Shown in pieces: positions 12,601 to 27,600 of a stretch of 64,000 nucleotides of DNA. The position numbers and the translations under genes are program-made. Position 1 is the first letter of the stretch; each line of letters begins with the position of its first letter. Below the pieces are notes generated by a model. It was not told where the DNA came from, did no database searches, and was given only the letters and a program-made list of their open reading frames with translations. Origin of the DNA: Adineta vaga (Eukaryota; Animalia; Rotifera); assembly GCA_021613535.1 (NCBI GenBank), contig CP075494.1, positions 10,230,001 through 10,294,000 on the forward strand, given 5' to 3'.

Positions 12601-15600
12601 CACTGACTTTATGCACTCGTTTGTTTTTACTGGTGTACTCGGAAAGAGCGATGTAATAATACAAATGGCACGTTGCTCTTTCGATAATCATCTTTTAAGT
12701 CTCGTTGGTACATTGATGACTGGAGCAACATTAGTAATGCTTCGACCGCAAGGCAACATGGACTTAGAATATCTCACTAGAGTGCTTGATAAAAAGCAGA
12801 TTAGTGTTATGCACGCGGTTCCGTCTTTGTTGAATAGTCTTTTTCATTTTCTTAAAGAAACTGAGCGTACGTTAGCTGTGAAATGGTTACGATCGTTGTG
12901 TAGTGGAGGTTTGTAGTTTTTTTTAACGATTATTGGAGTATTATAGATTTCTTTTTATTATTTTGTTACAGGTGAAGCTCTCAATGTCAAGACAGCTACC
13001 CTATTAAAAAGTGTAGTTTCAGAGACGTGTCAAGTTCGAAATCACTATGGTCCAGCCGAAGTCACTGTGAACTGTGCTTGTCATCTAATTGATCTGACTA
13101 AAGATCAAGAAAGCATTCCTCTCGGTCGACCTCTACCTAATTATCGATGTTTGATTCTGGACGAGTACTTGCAGACTGTCTATATTGGACTTGTAGGAGA
13201 ACTTGTTGTTGGAGGAGTTGGCATTTTCGCAGGATATCTTGCTCGTGCTGATTTAACGAGAGCAGTATTAATTAAAATGAATGATGAGATTTTCTACAAA
13301 ACAGGTGATCTTGTTCGAATGGACGAAGATGGGTTGATTCATTATGAAACTCGTAAAGATTATCAAGTGAAATTACGAGGTCAGCGTATTGAACTGAGTG
13401 AAATAGAACAGTGCCTATTGCAAACTTCTGTCGGCGCATGCATCGTCATCAAATGGGGTGATGATCATCTTGTTGCTTATGTCCAAAGCTCTGATATTAC
13501 TGAAGAACAGCTACGCGAACATTGTCAATCATATCTTCCACCACATATGATTCCATCGATGTTCATCATACTTGATAAACTTCCACTCAATGCAAATGGA
13601 AAAGTAGATAGAAAACAACTTCCTCTGCCCGAATTTTCTCATCTATCATCAGCACATTTGGGTGAAGATGGTAAACCAGCAACACCAAGAAATGAAACTG
13701 AACGCATCATTCATCACATTTGGTGTGATATACTAAAGAGAAATGAGATCTCAATCGATACAAGCATCTTCAGTATTGGTGGCCATTCATTACTCATCAT
13801 GCAACTCTTTCATCGATACAAGACAGAACTTCATCTAGAAGAAAACATCCTCTCCATTGCTGATCTCTTTCAACATTCATCCATCTCAGATCATGCAAGG
13901 CTCATTCAAGAGACATTAAGCATCATACGAACCGATGATGAGCATCAATGGTATCCACTGTATCTCACTCAAGGTAATATACATGTTACATACCTATGCA
14001 AAACTATATTTCTCTCTATATCTCTCTATGTACAGCGAGAGCATCATTTGCGCAACAACGCATCTTTCTCGATGAAGAACTTCGTTTTGCATCTCGAACT
14101 AGCAAAAACATCTATGCCATTCCACATATCTACCGCCCTATGTCAAACAGTGATCATATTTCCATCTCAAGATTCCATCGAGCACTTCATGCTGTCATCA
14201 CAAAACATAGCATCCTTCGAACTGCACTCTATCTCGATATAGATGGTTCAATTGTACAAGAATGGTTAAAGGCAAACATCTCTTCTATCGACGGGTCGCA
14301 ACCATATGGTTTCACGATCATCAGTCTGCAGAACGATGACTGTGGTAACAATGAAATTTTCAGAGAGATTCAAAATCAATCTGATCTTTTCGATTTGCCA
14401 CGAGGACGTGTCCTTCATTGTCACATTCTTCGTTATTCACACATCGATGAAGATCTATTGACTGATCGTGACTTCATACTAATCAACATTCATCATGCAG
14501 CGTTTGATGGTGCATCCACGTCCACTTTTCTCTCTGATCTTGCTCTTGCCTATGAGAATATTCAATCGCTAGAGAGAGATGAAGATACATTACAATACAT
14601 GGATTATTCTGTTCATGAACAAGTCATGGATATGACACCAGCTCATGACTTCTGGCATTCTCATCTCGAAGGATACAATCTTCAGCATCCTCTCGCCCTA
14701 CCCATGGATCGGCAACGTCCATCCACTACTCAACGATCAGGTCTTGCATCCAGTAGTCACTTCGTGTTCGAGAATGATGTTGCTGCAGCATTTCTTAACT
14801 ATGCATCATCACATCATCTCACACTCTTTCAACTCGGCTTGGCAACATTCTATGCATTTCTCTTCAAACTGACGCATGGTCAAGATGACTTATGTGTTGC
14901 ATCGATTAATGCGAATCGATATCGAAGTGAACTAGTGAACATGATTGGAATGTTTGTTTCGACACTGCCATATCGTGTTCAACTGGATGCTCATTGGTCA
15001 TTTGACGAACTTGTTCGACATGTGCGAGAGAAGTGCCTATCTATTCTTGAAAATTCTCACTATCCACTGCAGCAAATCTTGGCTGATTTTCATCTGAATC
15101 AATCGAATGCTTCATTTCTTGAGACAATGTTCGATTTCATCACGATACAAAATAGTTTACAGCATCTCTCTTTTATGGATGCACGCTTAGAGCAAGTGTT
15201 TTTGAAAGATTTTCAGGGAACGAGAAAGTTCGATTTCTCACTTACATTCGTGTTGAATTCATCTTTAAATAATGACCGACTGGTGTGTAGTTTGACATGT
15301 TCACAAGATTCATTTGGAAAAGCAACTGTTCCAACACTTGGCCGAAGATTTCAGTACCTATTCCAACAACTTTTTGGAAGAAGCTCCTACACGAATTTGA
15401 CGAGTGAAATGAACACATCAATTAGCGAACTTTCTTTTGTTTTTCCAGAAGAGAAAAGGGAAATGGAAGATATCCGTTTTTGCCGACAACCGGACGCTAA
15501 GATTGAAGGTACATTTAGTTTGTCAGAGTCATGCAATTTGAAAAGTTTGAAATCTGAAGGGTGAATCTTTCTATGCTAGACGTCTGCAGACCAGGGCTTC

Positions 15601-18600
15601 TAAACCTCCTGATTTCATTAGGAGTCTTCTGGTTTTTTACCTTTTCTCCCGATTTAAAATCTCCTGAAATCAGGAGCTGATTTTCATCATTTTCTCCTGA
15701 TTTTTGCTTTCCCTTAGTCGAGATTTACAGACACCTTCTCGTTCGTACAAATTTGGTGGAGAAAACGAGAAAATAATCAGAATTCAATAGATTTTTATTA
15801 ACTATTTCTGTGTCGAATGCTTTTTCTAAATCAGTTTTTAGATACATGATGTTTTTTTTGACAACAATCAGAAACAAGATGACACATGATTTAGCTGAAG
15901 TAGAATTCTAAACTATATGAACACCCATTTGACATCTACAGTTTTATTTTTATGTGTTTACTAAATCGAATATACTCAGAGAAATCCGATCGTCAGAGAA
16001 ATATAGTTTCATTAAAAAAGCCACCAATTTAATAGTAAATATTTAATTACATACTTTCTGCCTCATGTTTTTGTTTTATATTAATCGAGAAGTTAATATT
16101 CATTTGCTAATAATTGGCCATAAAATAAATATAGAAATAAATTTTGTGAAATGAGCATTTCTTTCAGTTTCCTTTATTTATATGGAATTCTTTTATAGTT
16201 GCTTTGTAATGGAAGAGAGACACGTCTGTAAAGGTATACAGTAGAACCTCTAATAGTAGACACTCCTATATAGTGGACATATTGAGGCCCGACGGACCGC
16301 TTTTTGCTGCAATTGAACTTCTACATAGTGGATACTCTCTATAGTGGACATTTGAATACAATTATATACGATGAAGATTTCTGAAAAGTGTATTGGTGCT
16401 CATAAAAGAAATTCGACTAGACTTTTGACAACTATGAAGTTATGGAGACCAAAGATACATGTAAGAACAACTAACAATACACAGTAGCATCTTGTATTGT
16501 TTACTAGGAACCCTTAGGTATCTACAAAATATATTTACTTTGTTTGAAAGAGTTGTTCTATAAAATACCTCACCTCTATATAGTGGACACCTCTTTACAG
16601 TGGACAGTTTTGAATGGTCCCGAGAGTGTCCACTATAGAGAGGTTTTACTGTAGGTATAAACTAAGGCAAAAGTTAAATATTATTCTGATTCTTATAGAA
16701 AAGGATCTTTGTAAGAATAAATTATTTGTTTAGTGGTCGCATTTCCCTGATTGATCGGAAGATATATAAAAACAAAAAAGACAATTTAACCTAATACTTG
16801 ACTAAAGGGTAATAGAAGATAGAAAATATGGATTTGACAATAGTTTGAAAAGAATAGGTCCTATTCTTTTGGATAAAAAAATCTTTCCTTTTACAAAAAA
16901 ATAATCATTTTTGGTAAGGATTCACCGACGAATAGTTGGAGTCTTGGACCTCAAATATAAGGTCAATTTTTTGCAAACTAGATGAATAAAAAGTTCAGTA
17001 ACAGTGAAAAACATAGATTTTACCAGGGGCACTTGAGCGTGTTTTTAGATGAGCGTAATCAGTGTTTTATCCAGTTTTTTGCTCCGAAGCGGCAAAATCA
17101 ACTTTCGAGAGGATAGGGGAACATTTTCAAAGGAGACATTATCTGAATATTATCTAGTATATAACATTCATACTTTTATAAGATAAAATTTGTCAATTGT
17201 GTAAGGATCAATTTTTCCATTTCATTTATTCAAAAGATGCGCGCAAAATGTACGAAAAAGAAACAAATAAGTAATAAATACACGAGAAAAAACTTCGTAC
17301 CAACAAGCGACAAGAAAAACCAAGAAAAACATCAATATAACATAAATTTACTTCATGTTACTCAAACTGCTAAACGACGTGGTTTGACATTTTTCCAATG
17401 ATTGATAATTTCTTTTTTCATCTCTTCATTTAAAACTTCTTCGCCTTCAATTGAAATTCTTATTAATTGATCAAGATGTTCAATTATTAATCGATTTCTC
17501 AATTTTGTAAGAACTCGATTCATTGTAAAAAAATCTCTTTCAACAGCCGCTGTACTAATTGGTGCAATCAGGAATATTTCTGCCGCTAATGATAGTTGTG
17601 GATAAATATTTTTCAGCATGCTATCTTTGACAAGCTTAACACACACTTCTCTTTGAGATATAAGTTTACCTGTTTTCTTTTGAGTTAACAGATATGTTCG
17701 AAAAGTTTTCCATTCATATATAACTGATTCGTTAAAGTCACTTGAGTAGTGCGTCTTGATTTCATGAATTTCTTCATCACCATAATCATTACTACCATTT
17801 AAATGTTTCATATCAAATATCATAAAACAATGTAGTAAATTGAGGGTTTCTTGATTAAAGGAGCTTTTATATTATCAGTAATATTATTAATAAATGGAAG
17901 AATTTTTAATTTAAGAAAACATGATCAGTATTTGAATTCATACTAAGTGTTGATGATCTAGAGCTTCGAATTGTTGAAGATGTTAATGATAATTTTTCAA
18001 TTGTTCCAATAACATTTACATAATCACTAGAATTATAATCTTCAAGTTCTTCTAGTCGAAGCATGGTGGATGATACAAAATTCTGTAATTGTTTGAAATC
18101 AGCTGCTCTTGTTTGAATAGATTTTGCAAGAACAGCTAACGTATCTAAAATTGGTTGCAGAGAATGAAGGATAAATGCAGTTGTTTGATTTGATAAAATG
18201 TTGTGAAGAGCCAAAGCTTCTGCACTATCATCATTGTATCCATTATAAATATGTTCGAGTGTTGACAATAAAGATTGATATGAATGTAGAAGAGATCGAA
18301 TAGCTAACGAAATTGAGAGCCAACGAGTATCACCGGGATGAATTAGTTTAATATGTTGATTCCTAAAAATATCTTGAATGTCTTCGAATAAAGTTAATCT
18401 TACCGAAGATCGATTTATGGAATTAACTAATGGTCTAAGTGTTGATAAAAATTTACAAATATCCGGAATGTCATCTGCAGCAGATATCACAGCTAACTGT
18501 AAAGCATGAGCATAACAATGAATAAATAATATCGCAAGATTAAATGCATCACAAAATCTAGCAGCAACGCCATTATGAATCCCACTAAAAACTGCAACAC

Positions 18601-21600
18601 CATCAAATGCGACGAAACCAACTTTCTTCAAATCAATATTTTCCTTTTGAAAATCCGTAACAATATAATTAAAAATAGACTCTGCGTCCTTTTTTTAAAA
18701 TGTATTAAACTCACGTATGTTTCGAATGGCTCACCGGTTTTAAAATCACAGTATCGAACACAAATGCATAAATTCCCATGTCTAATAATATCAGTTCCTT
18801 CATCAGACATAATGCTAATAACTCTTGCTTGTTGAATTTTCTTGAGAACATTTTTATCTAATACTTCACTAGTAACTTCAAGAAAATCGGTGATTGTTGT
18901 TGTACTGTTGCAAGTAGCATTTTTATCACATTTTTCTAAAAATTCGATTAACTTTGAACTATGACCTATACGACTGATCAGTTATAATAATGGAGCATAG
19001 AGTGTTGTATGTGGTAATTCGTTTTTAAATAAAAAATAACAACAATCAAGTTAATCTTTTAATCGATGTCTGTTTTCTTTTCTTTCTGCCTCACTTACCA
19101 CGACTAACTGATTGAAGATGGAACCTTCCTGTTCACAAAACGTGTTATTTTCAAGTGCCATCTGATGATATTCTGATCGTGAATGTTTCATTAGTCGTCC
19201 AGTACCTCCAGTTGTTTTTTTTCCAGTTAGTAAATGGTGTTGATATAAATACTCCTTTTGTTTTTTGTTCCATATCTCGGAATAATGGTACACCCGGTTT
19301 CCAATAATCTCGACAAAAGCGACAGAATCCATCTGTATTTGGTTGATAAGTAAGCCATGGAAGTTTCTATGAATACGACGGAATGTATTGCCGTTTTTGC
19401 TTTTTATTTGTGAGATTCGATGATGTCGACGCTGAATCTATAAAAAAAAGAATTATTATTGAAGAACTCAGTTCTATTGACACTGATCTCAAAAATTTAA
19501 TTACCAATGTGACTTGTTGATATGTTCTTATCAGCACTATGGCTGACTCTACCTACATGAATATTTGATTGTTTAGTAGCATTCTCATTTTCACTACGAT
19601 GTCTTTTTTTTGTGGCATCACCTTCGTCATTTTGTTTTCTTTTCACGAAATATTTATCGAGAGAACCTTGCTTCGACATTTTTAAATAATCTTACAATGA
19701 TGATGTGTTCGAAAGATGAGATAAGAAAAAATATATTAATATAATAACACTTATATTGCGAATGATAATATTCAAAAGAACATTTTAATTTCGAATGAAA
19801 CATCAAAGTAACAGATTAATCGAACATATATATTACAAAATAATTACAATACAATTCTTAATTAAATTACATAGATACAAATCTCTGTATGCGTGACATA
19901 GTTTATTATATAAGGGATCATCTAATTAATTGAACTCAGCATTCACATGTGAAAAATTAAGAAATTACGATAGTTTAACTCATTGACATTAGGAATACAG
20001 AAAACAACAAGCTGAATCTAACTAAAAGCTAATAATACATAACGATTAAATTATATTAGAAAAGGAGTTTATTTTACCTTAAAAATATAATATTAATCAG
20101 CAAATTTTTCGAAGATCTCTCACAAAGATAGTTTTTAGAAAATAGTACACTTTTAAATTTCAATAAATTTTTTACTCCGGCGAGGCAAACACGAGCTCCG
20201 AGAGGGCAAATGTCCTGATGCCCCCCCCCCCTCCCCCGCTGGATAAATCACTCAGCGTAACTTGCACAGTAAAAGTTATATAGACGTTCTTGAATATCTA
20301 AAGAGAACTTCCTGATTTCTCAGAAAACTTCTCCTGATAAACTCCTGATTTTTTCATAAATCCCTGATTTCTAAAACTTTCATTTGGCAAGCCTGACTGG
20401 AATCTGTTCCCTAGAGCAAAGATTCAGTACCCCATAAAATTCTGGTGCCGCCGTTACTGTGACTCTCTATCAAACTTGCCTATATTTACACTATCCTTCT
20501 TATGTAGCACCAGCCTCCTATGCTCAAGCTCGTATCTGGCTCGACGAACGAGTTCGATTCGATCCGGACAAACCAGAAGTGGCTATCTACAACATGCCTT
20601 TCGTTTACCATCTCCATTCAGGCCATACTTTATCAATACAACAACTTCATCATGCTCTTCAACTCACAATCAATAAACATCCATCACTTCATACATCACT
20701 TACATTTGATACAGATAAAAATTTACTCGTCCAACGAGTCATCGATTTTAATAGCACCAATAATAGTAGTAGTAGTAGCAGCAGTAGTATTAATCATAGC
20801 CCACTGTACACTTTCATTGAAACCGTTTATGAGTCAGAAGAACAACTCAATGGCATTATGTATGAAGAAAAACGAAATCCTCAACTCTTTAATCTTGCTC
20901 AAGGACTCGTCTTCCGATGTCATCTTCTTCACTATAAACAAATCTCATCAAACGGTCTGCTATCCGAAAAAGATGTGATTATTTTCAATTTTCATCATGC
21001 TTTGTTCGATTTCCCATCTATGAATGTGTTTCTTCGTGATCTTAATCAAGCATACACAGCTGGCCAACTAACTGACAACGATGACACCAGTTTACGATAT
21101 TTGGATTGTAAGTAGAGTTACTTTCGTCCCATTATAATCCACTACTCTTGTCTGTTATTCAGATGCAATCATAGAACAACAAATGCCAATGACTGACGCA
21201 AGTATGTTTTGGCTCGATGCTCTTCATAATTGTAAACTGGATCAATCTTTACCATTGCCATATGATCGACATCGTCTTTCGAATGAGCATCGAACCGGTC
21301 GTGGAACATCTATCACTTTTGAATTTGGTCAAGATCTTTCAGATTGCTTTCTCAACTATGCACTGTTGGACAACATAAGTCTTAAGCAATTGGCATTGGC
21401 TACATATTACATCTTTTTATTCAAACTAACAAACGGGGAAACAGATCTTTGTGTTGGAATGAACACACCTGGCCGCTATAGAGATGAACTCAATTCAGTG
21501 ATAGGAATGTTTGTCAATGCTATTCCACTTCGTTGTCAACTTGATCCAAAAGTGTCTTTTCAACAGTTATTGGAAGGCGTCGTAGAAGTAATAACTAATT

Positions 21601-24600
21601 GTACAAAATACTCATATTTTCCTCTCCAACGTATTCTTGCTCAGCATCCCAATGTAGTCAGACCCGCATTTCTTGATATTTCATTCGATTTTCTCTCATA
21701 TATGATGAAAGAGCAGAAGACTAAAATAACCATTGGCTCCACTTCTCTTTCTACTGTACCTTTCTCAATCAAGATTAATGAAGATGAGATAATGAGCAAA
21801 TTCGATTTTGTGCTTAGTATTGAACATGATTTGAAAAAAAATAGCTTTTTCTGCACTATCAACGCATCGCTTGATTTATTCAAAGTCGAAACAGTTAGTG
21901 TGATGGCACAGCGATTTCTCACGATTTTGGATCAACTATTTTTATTAAATGGTTGTCAGACAAATAAATCAATGTGTGAAATATCAGTTGCACTACCAAA
22001 TGAAAGATTACTTATTCAATCAATCAATAATACACAATTGTCGTATTCAGAAACTCCTTGTATCTCTCATGCGTTTGTGAGCCAAACAATGAAACATCCT
22101 CAGAAACTCGCAGTTGAACTCGATGATCAATCACTCACATATGCTGAGTTATTACATTATGTTCAAATACTATCTTTGCATCTTCTCAATATATATCATA
22201 TCGTTCCAGGTGACATCATTTGCCAATGCGTTGAGAGAAGTTTAGCAATGGTGAGTTCATTTGATACCATAAGGATGTTAACTATAGATTTTGTTGATTA
22301 TCAGGTTATTGGTGTTATGGCGATTGAAATGATTGGTGGTGTCTATTGTCCATTATCACCTCGAGATCCAGAGCAACGATTACATGCATTAGTAGAACAG
22401 ACTCACAGTCGTCTTGTTCTTGTCCATCATATGACAAAATTGAAATTCCACAATGGTATTACTACATTTGATATCGATTTTCTCACAAATGAAAATAATC
22501 ATTCTACTAATGTTGACAGCTATCAACTGTCAAACGTGAGAGTTTTACCTGAAGGTATAGCTTATATCATCTTCACTAGCGGTTCAACCGGAATGCCTAA
22601 AGCAGTTAGTAGTCTAGCAAATCATCCTTGGATATTTTGTAAATCTCCTCTTATTTCTAGGTTCAAGTTAAGCAACAAAGCTTTTGTCAGCTTATGTTAT
22701 CCTTAGTTTATAGTGATGTATTGAGTAAGAGAGATACAATTGTACAGATGGCTCGCTGCTCGTTCGATGGTCATATCCAAGATATAATAGGTACACTCGT
22801 TGTCGGCGCAACGCTCGTTATGCTACATCCACAAGGCATTATGGATTTCGAATATCTTGCTACTGTCATGAAACAGAAGAATATTACTTGTATCACCACC
22901 GTACCCACTGTGCTCTACAGTTTTCTCGGGTTTCTTCGACAGGTGAACTATCTTGAAGCAATTAAATTTCTTCGGTCAATTTGTACTGGTGGTACGTGGA
23001 ATTTTGAGAATATGTGTTACTCGACGTACTACTTTTATTTCATTTGTAGGCGAAGCTTCCTCCTCAACGTTGGTAAAGCAGTTTCGAACTATTGTGACAC
23101 AATCTTGCCGATTATGGAATTTATATGGTCCTGCTGAAACAACGATTGAGTGCACATTTCAACTTGTAGATGTCTCAAAGAATAGCGAAAGCATTCCAAT
23201 CGGGAAACCATTATCAAATTATCGATGTCTGGTTTTAGATCAGCGCTTACAATCTGTTATTGTCTCGCAGGAAGGTGAGCTGCTTGTTGGAGGAGCAGGC
23301 GTCTACGCTGGCTATCTTGGACGTAACGATTTAACAGCGAAAGTACTCATCAATATTGATGGTCAGACTTACTACCGAACAGGTGATCTTGTTCGAATGG
23401 ACAGCAATGGACTTCTCCATTATATTGGTAGAAAAGATTTTCAAATCAAACTCCGTGGCCAACGTATTGAAATCGGTGAAATTGAACGATGTTTACTCAA
23501 TACATCTATATCTGCTTGTGTTGTTATCAAGTGGGGAGAAGATCATCTAGTTGCTTATGTTCAAAGTTCTCATACTACCGAAGAACAACTACGTGAACAT
23601 TGTCAATCGCATCTACCACCACATATGGTTCCATCCATGTTCATCATACTTGACAAACTTCCTCTCAATGCTAATGGAAAAGTCGATCGAAAACAACTTC
23701 CTTCGCCAGAATTTTCGAATTTAACCGCTTTATCACAAGACGAATCTGATAATCCACTGAATCACTTGGAACAACAAGTATATGATATCTGGTGTCAAGT
23801 TCTTCATTTTAAAGGAAGTCATTTATCTAAAACTATCAACTTCTTTAGTGTGGGTGGTCATTCACTACTTTTCATCGAATTGTATCATCGCTACCAAACC
23901 ACGTTGCAGTTTGATATCCATTCTCTGTCAATTGCTCCTTTTCTTGAACAACCGACTATAGTTCAACACGCAAGCTTACTGGAAAAAGTCACAATGAATG
24001 AGTTGAAGTCAGCACAATGGCATACACTCCATCTGATAAAAGGTAAGCTATTTTCATCTCATACCATATTCTTTGAAAAACTAATGTGGTTTATACATAA
24101 ATTTGTAGGTAACGCATCTTTTGCTCAAGAACGCATTTTTCTGGACGAGCGAGTTCGGTTTTCAAAGAAAGTCGCTATCTATAATGAACTGATTGTCTTA
24201 AGACTTGCTGATGGTACCTTGCCAGTGAATCGTCTAAGAGATGCTTTCCGATATCTGTTAAGTAAACATGCTGTATTGCGAACATCTATTGTTTTCGACA
24301 ACGAAACCGGTTATGTTCATCAATATATCAATGACAATATTCAAAACTACGCATCAGTTAACAAACACACATTTGAGAGTGATCATCAACTCAACGACAT
24401 CATACATCTGCTATTAATTGATCCTCATCTCTTCGATTTATCCACTGGACGTGTCTTTAGCTGTCAACTATTTTATCGACAATCATCTAACAGCGAAGAA
24501 AGAAATACTGATTTCATCGAAGAATCTGATGTTCTCATATTTGCTTTTCATCATGCAGCCTTTGATCGGACATCTCGCTCGATATTTTTCAAGGATCTGT

Positions 24601-27600
24601 ATCATGCTTATAATAATAATTCAATATGGTTCGACGAAGAGAAATCATTGCAATACATTGATTACAGCGTTCATGAACGTCTAATTGATATGACACCATC
24701 ACGCGAGTTTTGGCGTTCTCAACTAGCTGGCTACCATGTCGAGCATAGCTTAGCGTTACCTGTTGATCGACGTCGTTCGCTCAGTGAACAACGATCGGGT
24801 GCAAGCTGTGTCGTTCAAACATCCTTCGACAAAGAAATTTCTGCATCATTCTTGGAATATGCTTCATCACATCAAGTGACACCATTTCAACTAGGTCTTG
24901 CTACATTCTATGCATTTTTGTTCAAGTTAACACATGGTGACAATGATATATGTGTTTCTGCTCTGAATGCTAATAGATACAGACCGGAATTGCAGAACAT
25001 TATGGGCATGTTTGTTGCAACATTACCACATCGAATTCATCTTGACAAGCAGTTGACCTTTCACGAACTTGTTAGAGTTGTGCACGAAACATGTTTAGCG
25101 ATTCTTGAGCATTCTTATTATCCTCTGCAACAAATTCTAACTGATCGGCGTCTGAATCAATCTCCTGTTTCATTTCTTGACATAATGTTTGAGTTCGTTA
25201 CTGGGTTTTCTGGGGAGGGTCGAAACTTCTCGAACAGTTTGTACTTGGAAAACGTATCATTAGATCAACCACTCCAAATAGCTAAGTTCGATGTCATGCT
25301 TTGGTTTAGCTATAATCCATCATTAAACGATGAGAAGTTATCCTTCAGTTTGATTTGTTCAAGTGATTTGTTTGAGGTGTCAACGGTCAGAATGATAGCT
25401 CGAAGATTTAATCATTTTCTTCATCAGATTTTTTTAACAAATCCAATTGTCGATCAAGCAGATGCTCATGCTCGTTCTCTCACTAAATATAATCTTATTC
25501 TACCAGAAGAAGATTTAGAAATTCAAAAACAAGTATTCTGTCGACAATTAACTGTTATAAATGAAGGTACGTTAATTTAAAATGTGTGAAATCTACTAGT
25601 ATTAAAGAGAATTGAGTCGATAATAGTTTGGAAATCTGTTTTAATTAGAAAAAATCTGATTGTTTTCCATACATGAACTTTTGTTAGTGATTATGGAAAT
25701 GAAAGAAAAATCACTATTTCACATTTCTTAGATTTATGGGATCTTGAACAATAATCTGAATGCACTGATTTATTATATAGGTTATAATGTTTGTTACTTT
25801 CTGTTAAAATTTTATGCATATTAAGTATAATTCTACACGAATCACTATACTCTATTACTAATGAAGACATGACAAATTTGCAGTACTACAGTTGCGTGAG
25901 TTTTGTAGCATTTTATTCCCATGCCGTCCAGTGTCACGGTGACTTGTTTTATCTGAACATCGAAGCATTCTTTTTGTTCGACTACATGTTTTACTTTGAC
26001 AAAGATATTGGAATAGTGAAGGACATCAACATGTTGTAATGCAAATGAATTTTGTCTGATTGAACTATTAATGATTATGACTAAATACATTTTGATATCG
26101 CGATATAAACCAGTGACAGAAATATTTCAAAATAAATCACATCTACAGCCCAATAAAATACTGTAAGACGCAGCTTTGTTCCAAATACTTTAAAAGAAAT
26201 AATGCTTTTTTAGAAATATTAAATAATTTTTACATACGATGGAATCCACGGAAGATTGCACTGTAGTCTTCTATGAAATAGTTAAGATTTCTGATGAAAA
26301 ATAGAGAAAGCCGTGTGTCATAATTAGTCAGTCTCACATATTCGATGGTCGATCTATTTTTACTATTGCTGTTCCGATATATTCCTGATGGTGATTCTAC
26401 CGCACTCTGTAGTCTGAAGACATACCATAATAATTCTCAAACAATTATTCTTTTTCTAACATAGCACCTGCTTCTTATGCACAAACTCGACTTTCGTATG
26501 ATGAGAAAACACCTTTTCATCCAGATCAGTCTTCGACAATCAATTACAACATGCCATTTCTTTATCAGCTATTACCAAAACACACTTTATCTATCAAGCG
26601 ACTTCGGCAAGCTCTAGAACTGTTGGTCATCAAACACGAATCATTCCGAACTTCTCTCATTCTCCCCCAAGAAACCAATATACTCATACAAAAAATCGTA
26701 GATCCTGCTTACGATAAGTCTGATCTGTTTAAGTTTCTCGAGAGTACATATGAAACGATCGAACAATTGAACGACATCATTACTAGTGAAAAGGAAAACT
26801 CGAAATGTTTTGATTTACCTCAAGGCCTCGTGTTTCGATGTCATCTCATTTACTACAAACATATCTCTGATAACGATATTCTTTCTGGTAGCGATCGAAT
26901 TATTTTCAACTTCCACCATGCTGTATTCGATATTCCATCAATGAATATTTTTCTTCGTGATCTCAATGAAGTATACACGATAGGTCAACTACCGAACGAT
27001 GACAATGATAGGTTGCGTTATATCGATTGTAAGCATACATGGATTGTATCGACCCATTTAATGTTATTTTTCTTTGTTTATATTTAGATACTATAATCGA
27101 ACAGCAAATGCCAATGACTGGTGCAAATATGTTTTGGCTGGATGCTCTGCAGGATTGTCATCTCGATCGATCTCAGCCACTACCATATGATCGACACCGT
27201 CTTTCCAACGAGAATCGAACTGGCCACAGCATTTCGACATCTTTTGATTTCGGTCATGATCTCTCCTATGAATTTCTCGCTTATACATCGTCTCACAATA
27301 TTTCACTCCGGCAACTGACACTTACTGTCTATTATGCTTTTCTATACAAATTGACGAATGAAGAGACAGACATTTGTGTTGTGATGAACGTTAACAATCG
27401 ATACAGAGATGAACTCAAATCAATCATTGGATTGTTTGAGAATATCATTCCATTGCGTTGTCAAGTTGATCCTCACTGGTCTTTTCACCAATTAATTCAA
27501 CATGTTTGCGAAATAGAGGAAAGTTGCGTCAAGTATTCGTATCTTCCCTTTCAACGCATTGTCAATCAACATGCAAATCCTACAGGAACTGCATTTCTAA

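Larger units (their letters stand above)
15592..20395. mobile_element. Outer degenerate TIR element (hAT-like termini) filling most of the 5-kb NRPS intron
   Basis: Termini CAGGGCTTCTAAA / TTTGGCAAGCCTG and clusters of CTCCTGATTT subterminal motifs at 15606-15703 and 20308-20370. No clean TSD. Confidence 0.5.

Noticed and set aside
16239-16651. TATAGTGGACA repeats as a CRISPR-like array
   Set aside because: Irregular spacing and confinement within TIRs show they are MITE subterminal repeats.
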